A stretch of DNA of 64,000 bases, from the NCBI GenBank assembly GCA_030695925.1, contig JAUYOH010000031.1, positions 5,188 through 69,187 of the forward strand, written 5' to 3'. Below are positions 42,713 to 52,072 of this stretch, piece after piece (the stretch's first letter is position 1; the number at the start of each line of letters is the position of its first letter). Source of the stretch: Candidatus Omnitrophota bacterium. GTDB taxonomy: Bacteria; Omnitrophota; Gorgyraeia; Pluralincolimonadales; Pluralincolimonadaceae. The notes under the pieces are model-generated. The model ran no database searches, was not told the origin of the DNA, and worked only from the letters and a program-made list of their open reading frames with translations. Position numbers and translations under genes: made by a program.

Positions 42713-43819
42713 ATGCTAATGCGAGAAGAGGTTAAAAAATCCGGCAGTTTTGCAGTGTCGCTGTTTGTTCATATAGCGGTATTGCTGATCATAGGACACA
42801 TAATTGTAATGAAGCCCCAGCCAAAAGAGACGTTCTTTGAAGGAAAAATACTGTCCACAAAAAATGTTAGTGTTCAGCGAACTGCTAAGTTCCAGCCGGA
42901 AGTAAAAATGCCGCAGGAAGCGGCTACTTCGCCGACGAAAGAGATAACCGCACCGGAACGAAAGGCCCTCGCGGTCGATAGGGCTCTCGAACTTCCAGCT
43001 CCATCTATTGCCAAAACCCCTGAGATCGTGCCCGGGGAAATGAAAGTGGGGGAACGCAAAGAGGTGGTATCCGCGAAACCGTCCCGCGCGACGCTGGATT
43101 TCTCCTCAAAGGCCCAGGTAACCGGAAGCGGCGGTTCGATAAAGGGCACTTTCATTTTTCCGATTTCTACCTACTCGGATTGGGATAATGACCCGTCGAC
43201 CATCCCGAACTTAATGAATGAGTTCGGCAGGAGGACGAAGATCAAAGTTTCCATAGACCAGCGGCCCATAAATTTTGATGATAAGGAAAAAATCTTCCAA
43301 TATCCGCTGATATACACAAACGGCCATTCAAATTTTAGTTTTACGGAAAAAGAGGTGGAGAATATCCGGGAATATCTTATGCGTGGCGGCTTCTTGTTCA
43401 TAGTCAATGATAATGCGCAAGGCGGAGCTTTCGAGGAGTCGCTTTACAAAGAGATGAAAAGGATTTTCCCCAATTCCGAGTTTCAGAAAGTCCCGATGAG
43501 CCATCCGATATATCATATTTTTTATGATTTTCAGGGAGACCGGCTACCCGATGCTCTATATAAGGGCTTGCCGCCGGAAGGATACGCGATTTATTACGGA
43601 GACAGAATGGTCGTTTATTATCTGGCGACCGGCGATGTTTGCGACGGCTGGACAGAAGCAGAAGGGTCCAAATGGCCGGGGACAAGATACACCCCAACCG
43701 CAAGTCATAACTTCGGGAGGCTTTCCCAGCAATCCTTCGGCGCAGGAGACGAGGGTATAGAAAACTCCTTCAAGATAGGAGTAAACGTCCTTGTTTATAT
43801 CCTCTCCAACATGCCGTAA
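42713..43819 (+). CDS. TonB/TolA-like anchored protein with C-terminal DUF4159-like domain
   Basis: TM with S-x3-H (SLFVH), P/K/E/T-rich linker, then DW..DP, YP.IY..GH, E...IR.YL..GGF, HPI.H, GVN...Y. Confidence 0.72.
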   Translation: MLMREEVKKSGSFAVSLFVHIAVLLIIGHIIVMKPQPKETFFEGKILSTKNVSVQRTAKFQPEVKMPQEAATSPTKEITAPERKALAVDRALELPAPSIAKTPEIVPGEMKVGERKEVVSAKPSRATLDFSSKAQVTGSGGSIKGTFIFPISTYSDWDNDPSTIPNLMNEFGRRTKIKVSIDQRPINFDDKEKIFQYPLIYTNGHSNFSFTEKEVENIREYLMRGGFLFIVNDNAQGGAFEESLYKEMKRIFPNSEFQKVPMSHPIYHIFYDFQGDRLPDALYKGLPPEGYAIYYGDRMVVYYLATGDVCDGWTEAEGSKWPGTRYTPTASHNFGRLSQQSFGAGDEGIENSFKIGVNVLVYILSNMP

Positions 43820-43850
43820 TTAAAGAAATTAAAGCAAATTTTCCCTTGCC

Positions 43851-43879
43851 TTGACAATCCTCTATCCATATGGTATACT
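43851..43879 (+). promoter_or_regulatory. sigma70 promoter upstream of cvpA
   Basis: TTGACA-17 nt-TATACT with TG extension. Confidence 0.8.
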
Positions 43880-43906
43880 TTTTTCAAAAATCAGGAGAAC
43901 CAAGCT

Positions 43907-44455
43907 TTGTCTGAAGCTTTTCATCGGATCAATTGGGTCGATATATTAATTGTAATCCTTTTAATCAGAACGAGTTATATAGGGGCAAAGACCGGTCTCT
44001 CAACAGAGATCTTTAAGATAATCGGCGTTCTTTTGGGCCTTTATTTCGGTATGAAATATTATTCGATTGTCGGCTCCTGGGTGGCTTCCAAAATTTCCCT
44101 CCCCCTAGAAGTGTCGGAAAGCTTCGCTTTTTTAATACTTGTTTTAATATCGATGATAAGTTTAAAATTAGTGGGCTTCGGCCTCGAGAAGATAGTCAAG
44201 TTTGCTTTTGCCGACAAATTGAGCAAATGGGGCGGGTTTATAATCGGCCTTTTGCGCGGCGGGCTCATTTTAAGTCTCTTATTTATGTTTTTCGGTATCA
44301 TTCAGGTAGACTATTTGGTGAAGTCAGTCGAAGAGCGTTCATTGACAGGCCCCGCTATCCAGAAGATAGCGCCGGTTACGTATCAGGCCATCTCAAAGGC
44401 TACGCTGGGAGAGTTTCAGATTAGAATGCCGTCAAAGGCAGGTGAGAAGAAGTAG
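43907..44455 (+). CDS. cvpA: CvpA (colicin V production) family membrane protein
   Basis: NWVDI, G...G...E, GG.IIG..RG; TTG start with AGGAG SD. Confidence 0.8.
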   Translation: MSEAFHRINWVDILIVILLIRTSYIGAKTGLSTEIFKIIGVLLGLYFGMKYYSIVGSWVASKISLPLEVSESFAFLILVLISMISLKLVGFGLEKIVKFAFADKLSKWGGFIIGLLRGGLILSLLFMFFGIIQVDYLVKSVEERSLTGPAIQKIAPVTYQAISKATLGEFQIRMPSKAGEKK

Positions 44456-45372
44456 CAAGGATAATATTAGACTGCGATCCGGGTATCGACGATTCGTTAG
44501 CCATCCTTCTGGCTTTGAGTTCGAAAGAATTAGAACTGAAAGCCGTCACGACGGTCTTCGGCAATGCCCCGTTATGGCAAACCACCAGGAACGCCTTAAG
44601 CGTTCTGGAGCTATGTGAATTAAGCGAGCCCCCCGTCGTAGGGGCGGGAAGCGGGCAACCGCTGAAGGTTTCTTCTCTGCCCGCGCGTGAAGTTCACGGC
44701 GCCGATGGCTTGGGAAACGCCGGTCTACCAGAGCCCGGATTAAAGGCGGCGACCGATGACGCGATCGGGCTGATGATCTCCAAGCTCGCTTCCGGCGAGG
44801 CAGATACGATAGTCGCGACCGGGCCGCTTACTAATTTAGCGCGCGCGATATCACGGGATCACGATATCGTCAAGAGAATAAAAGATATTTACATAATGGG
44901 CGGGGCGGTCTTTGTTGAAGGGAACGTGACGCCGTACGCGGAATTTAATTTTTATTCGGATCCGGACGCGGCCGATTATGTCTTAAACAGCGAAGTCGCC
45001 GTGACACTTATAAGCCTGGATGTCACTCATAAAATTAACGTGACAGAAGAAGATATCGAGCCTTTTAAGAGATATAAGACAAGGCTTGCGGACTTCGTGA
45101 CGGGCATAATAGGGTATTCGATGAATTTTCACAAGAAGTATCGCGGCGCGGCAGGCGCGCATCTGCATGATCCTTTGGCGGTGGCGATCGCGGTAGCGCC
45201 CCAACTCGGGCAATATGAGCGGCTCTCGCTTAGCGTTGATTGCGGCGATAAACGCGGAAGGGTAAATATCAAAGAAGGCGTAAAGAATATTAGATTTGTA
45301 AAGGATATCGACACAAACGGTTTCTTAAAATTATTCTTAAACAGGATAGGAGGAAGAATTGAAACTATCTAA
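44452..45372 (+). CDS. inosine/uridine-preferring nucleoside hydrolase (start non-canonical/uncertain)
   Basis: IILDCDPGIDD at 44461 in frame; VHGADGLG, TGPLTN, AEFN...DP, LHDP. Confidence 0.88.
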   Translation, partial: VARIILDCDPGIDDSLAILLALSSKELELKAVTTVFGNAPLWQTTRNALSVLELCELSEPPVVGAGSGQPLKVSSLPAREVHGADGLGNAGLPEPGLKAATDDAIGLMISKLASGEADTIVATGPLTNLARAISRDHDIVKRIKDIYIMGGAVFVEGNVTPYAEFNFYSDPDAADYVLNSEVAVTLISLDVTHKINVTEEDIEPFKRYKTRLADFVTGIIGYSMNFHKKYRGAAGAHLHDPLAVAIAVAPQLGQYERLSLSVDCGDKRGRVNIKEGVKNIRFVKDIDTNGFLKLFLNRIGGRIETI

Positions 45373-46312
45373 GATCTATGATTTCGTGGTAAGAGAAGGC
45401 ATCGCGGCTGACCCGCGCGGCAAAGATATCATATCGAAGGCCCTGGTGGGGGTTAAAAAAGAATACGAGGCGTTAAAAGAAAAGGACAAAGCGTTATTCG
45501 ACAAAGAGAAACTTAGCAATCCTTACGCGGATACCCGTATCGTGAACGGCGATCACGCGACGGAAGTAAAAAAGGTATTGCTCGGCATAGATATTGAGGT
45601 AGGCGAAGTCCTTCTGGCGGACAGATTAATACAGACGGGTAAAAAGATAGACCTTGTTATCTCCCATCATCCGGAAGGCAGCGCTTACGCGAATTTTTAT
45701 GAAGTCATGGGTATGCAGGCCGACATCCTGAATAAATTCGGCGTTCCCATAAACATCGCGGAGGGGATGTTAAAGGAGAGGATGAAAGAGGTGGAGCGCA
45801 GGGTCATGCCGGCAAATCATACCCGCGCCGTTGACGCGGCCAGGATTTTAGGCATCCCGCTGATGTGCTGCCATACGCCGGCTGACAACCATGTTGTCAG
45901 TTACCTGCAGAGGTTATTCGATACCAAGAAACCCGATACGGTAGGCGAGATCCTTGATATCCTCAAGGAGATACCGGAATACAGGGAAGGGATGAAGATA
46001 AACGTAGGACCGAAGATCCTCTTCGGTGAGCCGAAGAACCGCGCCGGAAAGATATTCGTCGATATGACCGGCGGGACAGAGGGCCCGAAAGATATCTTCG
46101 AGAAACTTGAGACGGCGGGTGTGGGCACGATAGTCGCGATGCATCTGGGCGAGGAACATTTTAAGAACGTCCAGAAAGGGCATATAAATGTCGTCATAGC
46201 CGGACATATCCAGAGCGATAACTTGGGACTTAACCTCCTATTAGATAAATTGGTAAAAGAGGATAAGCTGGAATTCATAGAATGTTCGGGGTTTAAGAGG
46301 ATAGCTCGATAG
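45359..46312 (+). CDS. Nif3-like metal-binding protein
   Basis: SHHPEG, HTPADN, AMH, AGH..SD; AGGAGG SD before TTG. Confidence 0.8.
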   Translation: MKLSKIYDFVVREGIAADPRGKDIISKALVGVKKEYEALKEKDKALFDKEKLSNPYADTRIVNGDHATEVKKVLLGIDIEVGEVLLADRLIQTGKKIDLVISHHPEGSAYANFYEVMGMQADILNKFGVPINIAEGMLKERMKEVERRVMPANHTRAVDAARILGIPLMCCHTPADNHVVSYLQRLFDTKKPDTVGEILDILKEIPEYREGMKINVGPKILFGEPKNRAGKIFVDMTGGTEGPKDIFEKLETAGVGTIVAMHLGEEHFKNVQKGHINVVIAGHIQSDNLGLNLLLDKLVKEDKLEFIECSGFKRIAR

Positions 46313-46315
46313 AGA

Positions 46316-48088
46316 ATGGCGTTTTCGGAACAAATATTAGAAGAAATACAGAGCAAATCTGATATAGCGGAGGTCATAGGCAGTTATATCCCGCTTAAGC
46401 GCGCGGGCAGGAACTTCAAGGCAAACTGCCCTTTTCATAAAGAAAAGACCCCTTCCTTTATGGTGAGCCCTTCAAAACAGATATTCCACTGTTTCGGCTG
46501 CGGCGCCGGGGGAAACATATTTCATTTTGTGATGAAGTTCGAGGGGATCGAGTTTCCTGACGCGGTAAGGGCCCTCGCGGAGAAGGCAGGCGTGGAACTG
46601 CCGCGTTTTACGCGCAGCGAATTCGAGCAGAGCGCCTACGCCGTTCAGATATACAAGATAAACGAGTTCGCCGCTTCTTATTATCATAGTACGCTCTTGA
46701 AGACGGAGGCCGGAAAGCGCGCGGCGGAATATCTCGAGAAACGCGGCGTAAGCGAGGAAACGATAACGCAGGCGAAATTAGGATTTGCCGCGGACGCCTG
46801 GGACGGTTTTATAAATTTCGCGAAGAGCAAAGGATTCGAGACGGCGTTATTAGAACGTTCCGGCCTGGTAATCTCGCGCGAAGAAGGGGGCCATTACGAC
46901 AGGTTCAGGAACAAGATAATATTTCCGATCTTCGATATCAAGAACCGGGTCGTGGCGTTCGGCGCCCGCGTCCTGGATGATTCTCTCCCTAAGTATATAA
47001 ATTCGCCCGAGACAGAGGTCTACGTAAAGAGCAGGCATTTATACGGGTTGAATTTTTCGCTTCAGGCGGTAAAGGAGAGAGATTTTTGCGTGATAGTGGA
47101 GGGCTATCTTGATTTTCTGATCCCGTATCAGAACGGTATAAAAAATATCGCGGCCTCACTTGGGACAAGCCTGACCGAGTCGCAGGCGCGCCTTATAAAG
47201 AGATATACAAGGAACGCGGTGATATTATATGACGGCGATTCGGCCGGAGAAGCCGCCTCCTTACGCGGACTCGACCTCTTTGTCCAAGAGGGGGTAAATG
47301 TCAAAGTCGCGGTCCTGCCGAAGGGGTACGACCCCGATTCGTTCGTAAGGAGCGAGGGAACAGCGGCATTTAATTCGCTCATTGATTCGGCGGCGGACCT
47401 CTTCGAGTACAAATTAGGTATCTTGACCTCGAGATACGATGCGCGTAATGCCGCGGCAAAATCCAGGGTCTGCGCCGAGATGCTTCCGACGATAGCAAGG
47501 GTAAATAACGCAGTGTTGAAATTTGAGTATATAAAACGTTTGGCCGAGAGATTACAGGTAAGGGAAGAAGATCTCCTTACGGAATTAAAGAAGGTAAAGC
47601 CCGATTATACCTACGAGCCGTCCGCCGATGCGGTGGCCGCGACGGATGTATGTCCGGGCGCTAAAGCCGAGAAGATCCTGATCGGGCTTATGCTGGATGA
47701 TGCCGAGCTCATCGCCGAGGTCCAGAAACACTTGAAGGCGGAAGATTTCGCGGATGAGAAGACGCGTAAGGTTATCTGTGAGATATTCAAGTCATACGCG
47801 GCGGGTAAGGCCCTCAGCGCCGCCGGCCTTATAAACTGCCTCGAAGGCGATAACTTATGCAGCATAGTATCGGAGGCAGCCAGCCTGACCGAGATAATAA
47901 CCGACAGACAGAAGAACCTGATCGATTGCGTAAAGAATATAAAAGAGCAGAATAATAAGAACAAACTCACGGAATTACGGAATCTGATAAACGTCGCGCA
48001 GGTGATGGGCGACGGTAAAAAGGTGGAACAGTTATTGGCGGAGCTTAGTGGCCTTTTGAGAAGTTCGAAGGAATTTGCGAGGAGATGA
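46316..48088 (+). CDS. dnaG: DNA primase
   Basis: CPFH.EKTPSF zinc finger, [19 protein letters not shown]. Confidence 0.97.
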   Translation: MAFSEQILEEIQSKSDIAEVIGSYIPLKRAGRNFKANCPFHKEKTPSFMVSPSKQIFHCFGCGAGGNIFHFVMKFEGIEFPDAVRALAEKAGVELPRFTRSEFEQSAYAVQIYKINEFAASYYHSTLLKTEAGKRAAEYLEKRGVSEETITQAKLGFAADAWDGFINFAKSKGFETALLERSGLVISREEGGHYDRFRNKIIFPIFDIKNRVVAFGARVLDDSLPKYINSPETEVYVKSRHLYGLNFSLQAVKERDFCVIVEGYLDFLIPYQNGIKNIAASLGTSLTESQARLIKRYTRNAVILYDGDSAGEAASLRGLDLFVQEGVNVKVAVLPKGYDPDSFVRSEGTAAFNSLIDSAADLFEYKLGILTSRYDARNAAAKSRVCAEMLPTIARVNNAVLKFEYIKRLAERLQVREEDLLTELKKVKPDYTYEPSADAVAATDVCPGAKAEKILIGLMLDDAELIAEVQKHLKAEDFADEKTRKVICEIFKSYAAGKALSAAGLINCLEGDNLCSIVSEAASLTEIITDRQKNLIDCVKNIKEQNNKNKLTELRNLINVAQVMGDGKKVEQLLAELSGLLRSSKEFARR

Positions 48089-49683
48089 AGGCTGTGAAGA
48101 AGAAGACCGATATCAGAAAAAGGATAAAAGGCCTCGATAAACTTATTGCCTTGGGAAAAGAGAAAGGGCACCTTACCTTTGAGGAGGTGAATAATCTTCT
48201 TCCCGAGCAGATAACCTCTTCCGAAGAGATAGATGAGATTTTCGCCCTGCTGGATAAGGAGAATATCAAGATAATAGACGCGGATGAGGAGAAGGAACTC
48301 AAGGAAGAGGCGCAGGAAGAAGAGAAGGAAGAAGCGCATAAGGTCGAGATTGAAGCGGAAGAAGTGCCACGTATGGCCCAGATGGAAGACCCTGTTCGTA
48401 TGTACTTAAAGCAGATGGGCCAGATTCCTCTTCTTTCCCGCGAAGATGAGTTGAGCCTTGCCAAGAAGATCAAGGAAGCGGAGCTCAGGTTCAGGGAATC
48501 GGTCTTTGAATGCAAGTTCTGCAAGAAAGAGATATTGCAGCTCGTCAATAAGATCTTTGCCAAGCAGGTAAATATCGACGAGGTGATAAATATAGACCCT
48601 ACCGAAAGGATAGAGAAGACCTTAAGGAAGACCGTGCGGCTTATGAAGAGATTAAGAGGGGCGAAGAAGACGACGAACCTTGTCCCTCTTCTGATGGAGT
48701 TTAGGTTCTCCATTGTCGTGGTCGAAGATGCGGCTAACAGGATCAAATCGCTGGTCTCAGAGATAGATAAGATTAACCGCGAGACGGACAGATTAAGGGA
48801 AAGAGGCGCCCGCGGACAAATCTCCGCACTGAAAGAAAGAAAACGTAAGATAATTGGGGATTTCAGTGAACCGCTCCTTAAGGTCAAGGATCGCCTGGCG
48901 TTCATCAGAAAGCGGGAATGGCAATTTGAGAGAGCCCAGAAGAAGCTGGTCGAAGCGAACTTAAGGCTTGTCGTCTCGATCGCTAAAAGATACACCAACC
49001 GAGGCCTCTCGTTCCTTGACCTGATACAGGAAGGCAATATCGGGCTTATGAGGGCGGTTGACAAATTCGAATACGAGAGAGGATATAAATTCTCGACTTA
49101 CGCGACATGGTGGATAAGGCAGGCCATAACGCGCGCTATCGCCGATCAGGCCCGCACTATCAGGATACCCGTCCATATGACTGAGACTATCAATAAATTG
49201 ATCCGTGTCTCGAGGAATCTGGTACAGGAGACCGGAAGGGAGCCGGTGCCCGAAGAGATAGCGCATGAGATGAGAATGGCTACCGAGAAGGTGCGCGGTA
49301 TCCTTAAGATAGCGCAGGAACCCATCTCGCTGCAGACGCCTGTAGGCGATGAGGGCGATACCCATTTCGGGGATTTTATAGAGGATAAAAGGGCCATCTC
49401 GCCTGCTAACGCGACCGCCTATTCTATGCTGAAGGAACAATTGGAAGGGGTGCTTACCACCCTTACGGAGAGGGAGAAGAAGGTCTTGAAGCTTCGTTTC
49501 GGGATAGGCGACGGCTGCCCGCGCACCCTCGAAGAAGTCGGCTCTATCTTTAACGTGACGCGCGAAAGAGTAAGGCAGATAGAAGCGAAAGCACTCCGTA
49601 AGCTCAGGCATCCGATCCGCTCGAAGAAATTGAAGACATTCCTGGAGATCGGCCTCGGATTAGGTGAGGAGAGCGCGTCTTAA
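48085..49683 (+). CDS. rpoD: RNA polymerase primary sigma factor
   Basis: [35 protein letters not shown]. Confidence 0.98.
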   Translation: MKAVKKKTDIRKRIKGLDKLIALGKEKGHLTFEEVNNLLPEQITSSEEIDEIFALLDKENIKIIDADEEKELKEEAQEEEKEEAHKVEIEAEEVPRMAQMEDPVRMYLKQMGQIPLLSREDELSLAKKIKEAELRFRESVFECKFCKKEILQLVNKIFAKQVNIDEVINIDPTERIEKTLRKTVRLMKRLRGAKKTTNLVPLLMEFRFSIVVVEDAANRIKSLVSEIDKINRETDRLRERGARGQISALKERKRKIIGDFSEPLLKVKDRLAFIRKREWQFERAQKKLVEANLRLVVSIAKRYTNRGLSFLDLIQEGNIGLMRAVDKFEYERGYKFSTYATWWIRQAITRAIADQARTIRIPVHMTETINKLIRVSRNLVQETGREPVPEEIAHEMRMATEKVRGILKIAQEPISLQTPVGDEGDTHFGDFIEDKRAISPANATAYSMLKEQLEGVLTTLTEREKKVLKLRFGIGDGCPRTLEEVGSIFNVTRERVRQIEAKALRKLRHPIRSKKLKTFLEIGLGLGEESAS

Positions 49684-49687
49684 TTCG

Positions 49688-49850
49688 GTAAGAAAGTCGT
49701 CTCAGGCTGTTTTTTTTGGCGTTATTTATTTATCTGTTTCTGTACTCATACAAAACTCCTCTTCCCGCCGATATATTTCTCAAGACAGACCCTTTGCTCA
49801 CCCTCCTGACTTTGATATGCGGCAGGTTCTTCATCGTAATCGGCATATTC
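49688..49850 (+). pseudogene. frameshifted remnant resembling the N-terminus of a membrane polyferredoxin (4Fe-4S binding) protein
   Basis: VRKSSQAVF / LALFIYLF...FLKTDPLLTLLTLICGR split by a T8 run at 49710-49717; family recognised by eye only. Confidence 0.45.
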
Positions 49851-49913
49851 CCGGTAAGTCTAAGCCGAGGCCGGGCTAGGAACGAATTCTCTTCCGCGAC
49901 GATATTTTTTGTC

Positions 49914-49942
49914 TTGCCAAAAATCCTCAAAGATAGTATCAT
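49914..49942 (+). promoter_or_regulatory. promoter for tRNA pair
   Basis: TTGCCA-17 nt-TATCAT. Confidence 0.6.
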
Positions 49943-49970
49943 AAAACACTGCCTTTTGACAGGTAGAGAT

Positions 49971-50047
49971 GGGCCCATAGCTCAGTTGGTTAGAGCAGCT
50001 GACTCATAATCAGCGGGTCATAGGTTCGAGTCCTATTGGGCCCACCA
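49971..50047 (+). tRNA. tRNA with CAT anticodon, most likely tRNA-Ile2 (lysidine)
   Basis: cloverleaf; first 27 nt identical to tRNA-Ile(GAT) at 5919; paired 1:72 and no 3 G-C anticodon-stem pairs, so not the initiator. Confidence 0.85.
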
Positions 50048-50049
50048 TT

Positions 50050-50126
50050 GGGCGATTGGCTCAGTTGGTTAGAGCGCCACATTCACATTGTGGAGGTCAG
50101 AGGTCCGAATCCTCTATCGCCCACCA
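50050..50126 (+). tRNA. tRNA-Val(CAC)
   Basis: ccaca-tt-CAC-at-tgtgg anticodon arm, CCA end; atypical T-loop TCCGAAT. Confidence 0.88.
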
Positions 50127-50138
50127 TTTGGAAAATAA

Positions 50139-50870
50139 ATGCAGAAGATAAATGTCGAAGAACAGCTGAATATCCTCATAAGATTGCAGGCCCTTGATGC
50201 CCAGCTCTATCGCCTCCGGAAAGAGAGAGAAGCAAAGCCGAAGTTGATCGAGGAACTCGAAGCCCGCAGGAACGAGGAGCAGGCCGCGGTAAAGGGGATC
50301 GAAGAAAAGAGCAAGACAAATCAATTGAAGCGCAAGCAGAAAGAAATGGACCTGCAGACGGAGGAAGAGAGCGTAAAGAAATTAAGCACCCAACTCTATC
50401 AGATAAAGACGAACAAAGAATATCAGACAATGCAGCATGAGATAGAGGGGCACAAGGCCGACAACTCGCTGCTTGAGGACGAGATACTCGCTATAATGGA
50501 AGAGGCGGATAGCTTTAGCAAGGAACTCATTAAGGAAAGAGAGCTCTTCGCCGAAGCCGAGAGGCGCCTTAACGAAGACAGGAAGAAGATAGAGGGCGAG
50601 ATCGCGGTCATAGACAATGAGATAGCGAATTTCGAGTCGCAGAGGGAGGAGCTGACCGCGCAAGTAGATAAAAAGGTCCTTTCTCAATATGAAAAAGTTC
50701 TGGCAAACCGCGAGGGGGTGGCGCTCGTCGCCGTAAAGAACCACGCCTGTCAGGGATGTTTCATAAACCTTCCGCCGCAGGTGATAAACGAGATCCGGAT
50801 GAAAGACAAGATCACGGTCTGTGAGAGCTGCGCGCGAATACTATACATAGAGAACGACGCGGATGTCTAA
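50139..50870 (+). CDS. coiled-coil protein with C4 zinc ribbon (DUF164 family)
   Basis: LQ.LD, long coiled coil, C.GC...LPPQ...CE.C.RIL. Confidence 0.88.
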   Translation: MQKINVEEQLNILIRLQALDAQLYRLRKEREAKPKLIEELEARRNEEQAAVKGIEEKSKTNQLKRKQKEMDLQTEEESVKKLSTQLYQIKTNKEYQTMQHEIEGHKADNSLLEDEILAIMEEADSFSKELIKERELFAEAERRLNEDRKKIEGEIAVIDNEIANFESQREELTAQVDKKVLSQYEKVLANREGVALVAVKNHACQGCFINLPPQVINEIRMKDKITVCESCARILYIENDADV

Positions 50871-51276
50871 GAGGCTGGTTATCTATGTCGACGGCGGCTC
50901 CCACGGAAATCCGGGGCCTTCCGGCATAGGCGTCATCATCTGCGACGAAAAAGGGAACGTCGCCAAGAATATCTCAAAGTTCATAGGTGATACGACAAAT
51001 AACGTCGCGGAGTACACGGCCCTGATCTACGGTCTGCAGGAGGCCTTGATTTTGAGGGCCGATGAGGTTATAATAAATACGGACTCGGAACTGCTCGCGA
51101 AGCAGTTAAGCAAAGAATATAAGACCAAAGACGCGGGGCTTAAGCCTTTATACGAACAGGTCTCGCATCTTCTGACGGGATTTAAGAAATACGAGATAAA
51201 GCATATCGACCGCTCTGAGAATAAAGGGGCGGATAGATTAGCGAATAAAGCCGTAGGTGAAGAGTCGCTCTTTTAA
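50863..51276 (+). CDS. rnhA: ribonuclease HI family protein
   Basis: YVDG.S.GNPG, TNNVAEY, DSEL, R..N..AD.LAN. Confidence 0.9.
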   Translation: MSKRLVIYVDGGSHGNPGPSGIGVIICDEKGNVAKNISKFIGDTTNNVAEYTALIYGLQEALILRADEVIINTDSELLAKQLSKEYKTKDAGLKPLYEQVSHLLTGFKKYEIKHIDRSENKGADRLANKAVGEESLF

Positions 51277-51290
51277 AATATTTTAAGGAT

Positions 51291-51671
51291 GTGGGCAGGT
51301 CGGATGGTCGCCCCCTGCTGATTTGCTTCGGCCTCTTTGGCCAGAAGTAAATCAATGCGCTGGGGGAGGAAAGTCCGAGCTCCACAGGGCAGCGTAGCGG
51401 GTAACGCCCGTCGCTCGTAAGAGTAGGATTAGAGCCACAGTGACGAACAATCCTAAACCGGGGCCTGACGGCCTAAGGTTGGGACGAAGTGAAACGCGGC
51501 AATCTCTACGCGGAGCAAGGCCAAATAGGCCCCGACTTTAGAACGGCCCGTTCTATAAAGTCGTCGGGGCGGGTTGGCCGCTTGAGCCCGCGAGTAATCG
51601 CGGGACTAGATGGATGACCGTCGCTTCGACATATCGTCGGAGGACAAAACTCGGCTTATAGACCTGCCCAT
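51291..51671 (+). ncRNA. rnpB: RNase P RNA (type A)
   Basis: GAGGAAAGTCCGAGC and ACAAAACTCGGCTTA (P4); terminal P1 gtgggcaggtc/gacctgcccat. Confidence 0.95.
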
Positions 51672-51707
51672 TTTGTAAAATTTAGGCAATAAGAAAAGGA
51701 CAAAATT

Positions 51708-52070
51708 ATGGCCGGTATGGAGAGTCGTGGCGGCGTCAGGGTAGGGATTAACGCTACGGCGATGGTAGAAGTCGATAAGGCGATGAAGGAACAGGTCCGT
51801 ATCCTGCGTGAACCGCAGAAGGTCGTCATCGCCGATGTGAGCACCGTGGGATTAGGCGTTGTATCTCCTGTTTTTTTGCCGAAAGGGGCGATATTAGAGA
51901 TCAAGATGGAGTCAGCTATATTTAATTTCGATAAGCCGATAACCATAAAAGGCGAAGTGCGTTATTGCAAACCGGCGAAAGAAGGCAGTTATAAGGTGGG
52001 GATAAAATTTATCGAGGTGGAAAGCGACATATTGAGCAAGATCAAGGAGTATGTGACCAAGAGCGGATAA
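51708..52070 (+). CDS. PilZ domain protein
   Basis: RxxxR (RGGVR) and DxSxxG (DVSTVG) motifs, C-terminal GIKF. Confidence 0.85.
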   Translation: MAGMESRGGVRVGINATAMVEVDKAMKEQVRILREPQKVVIADVSTVGLGVVSPVFLPKGAILEIKMESAIFNFDKPITIKGEVRYCKPAKEGSYKVGIKFIEVESDILSKIKEYVTKSG

Positions 52071-52072
52071 TA

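Noticed and set aside
47611-49611. Long minus-strand ORFs (242, 339, 216 aa) opposite dnaG/rpoD, and similar ones opposite rpsA, fusA, fabD and murD
   Set aside because: Antisense shadows of well-conserved genes with S/F/L-rich, non-protein-like composition
49716-50009. 97-aa ORF read as an intact gene
   Set aside because: Runs through the tRNA promoter into the tRNA; only its first part looks coding (treated as a remnant)
49971-50126. Possible integrative element at the tRNA pair
   Set aside because: No integrase and no duplicated tRNA 3' end; core genes follow immediately
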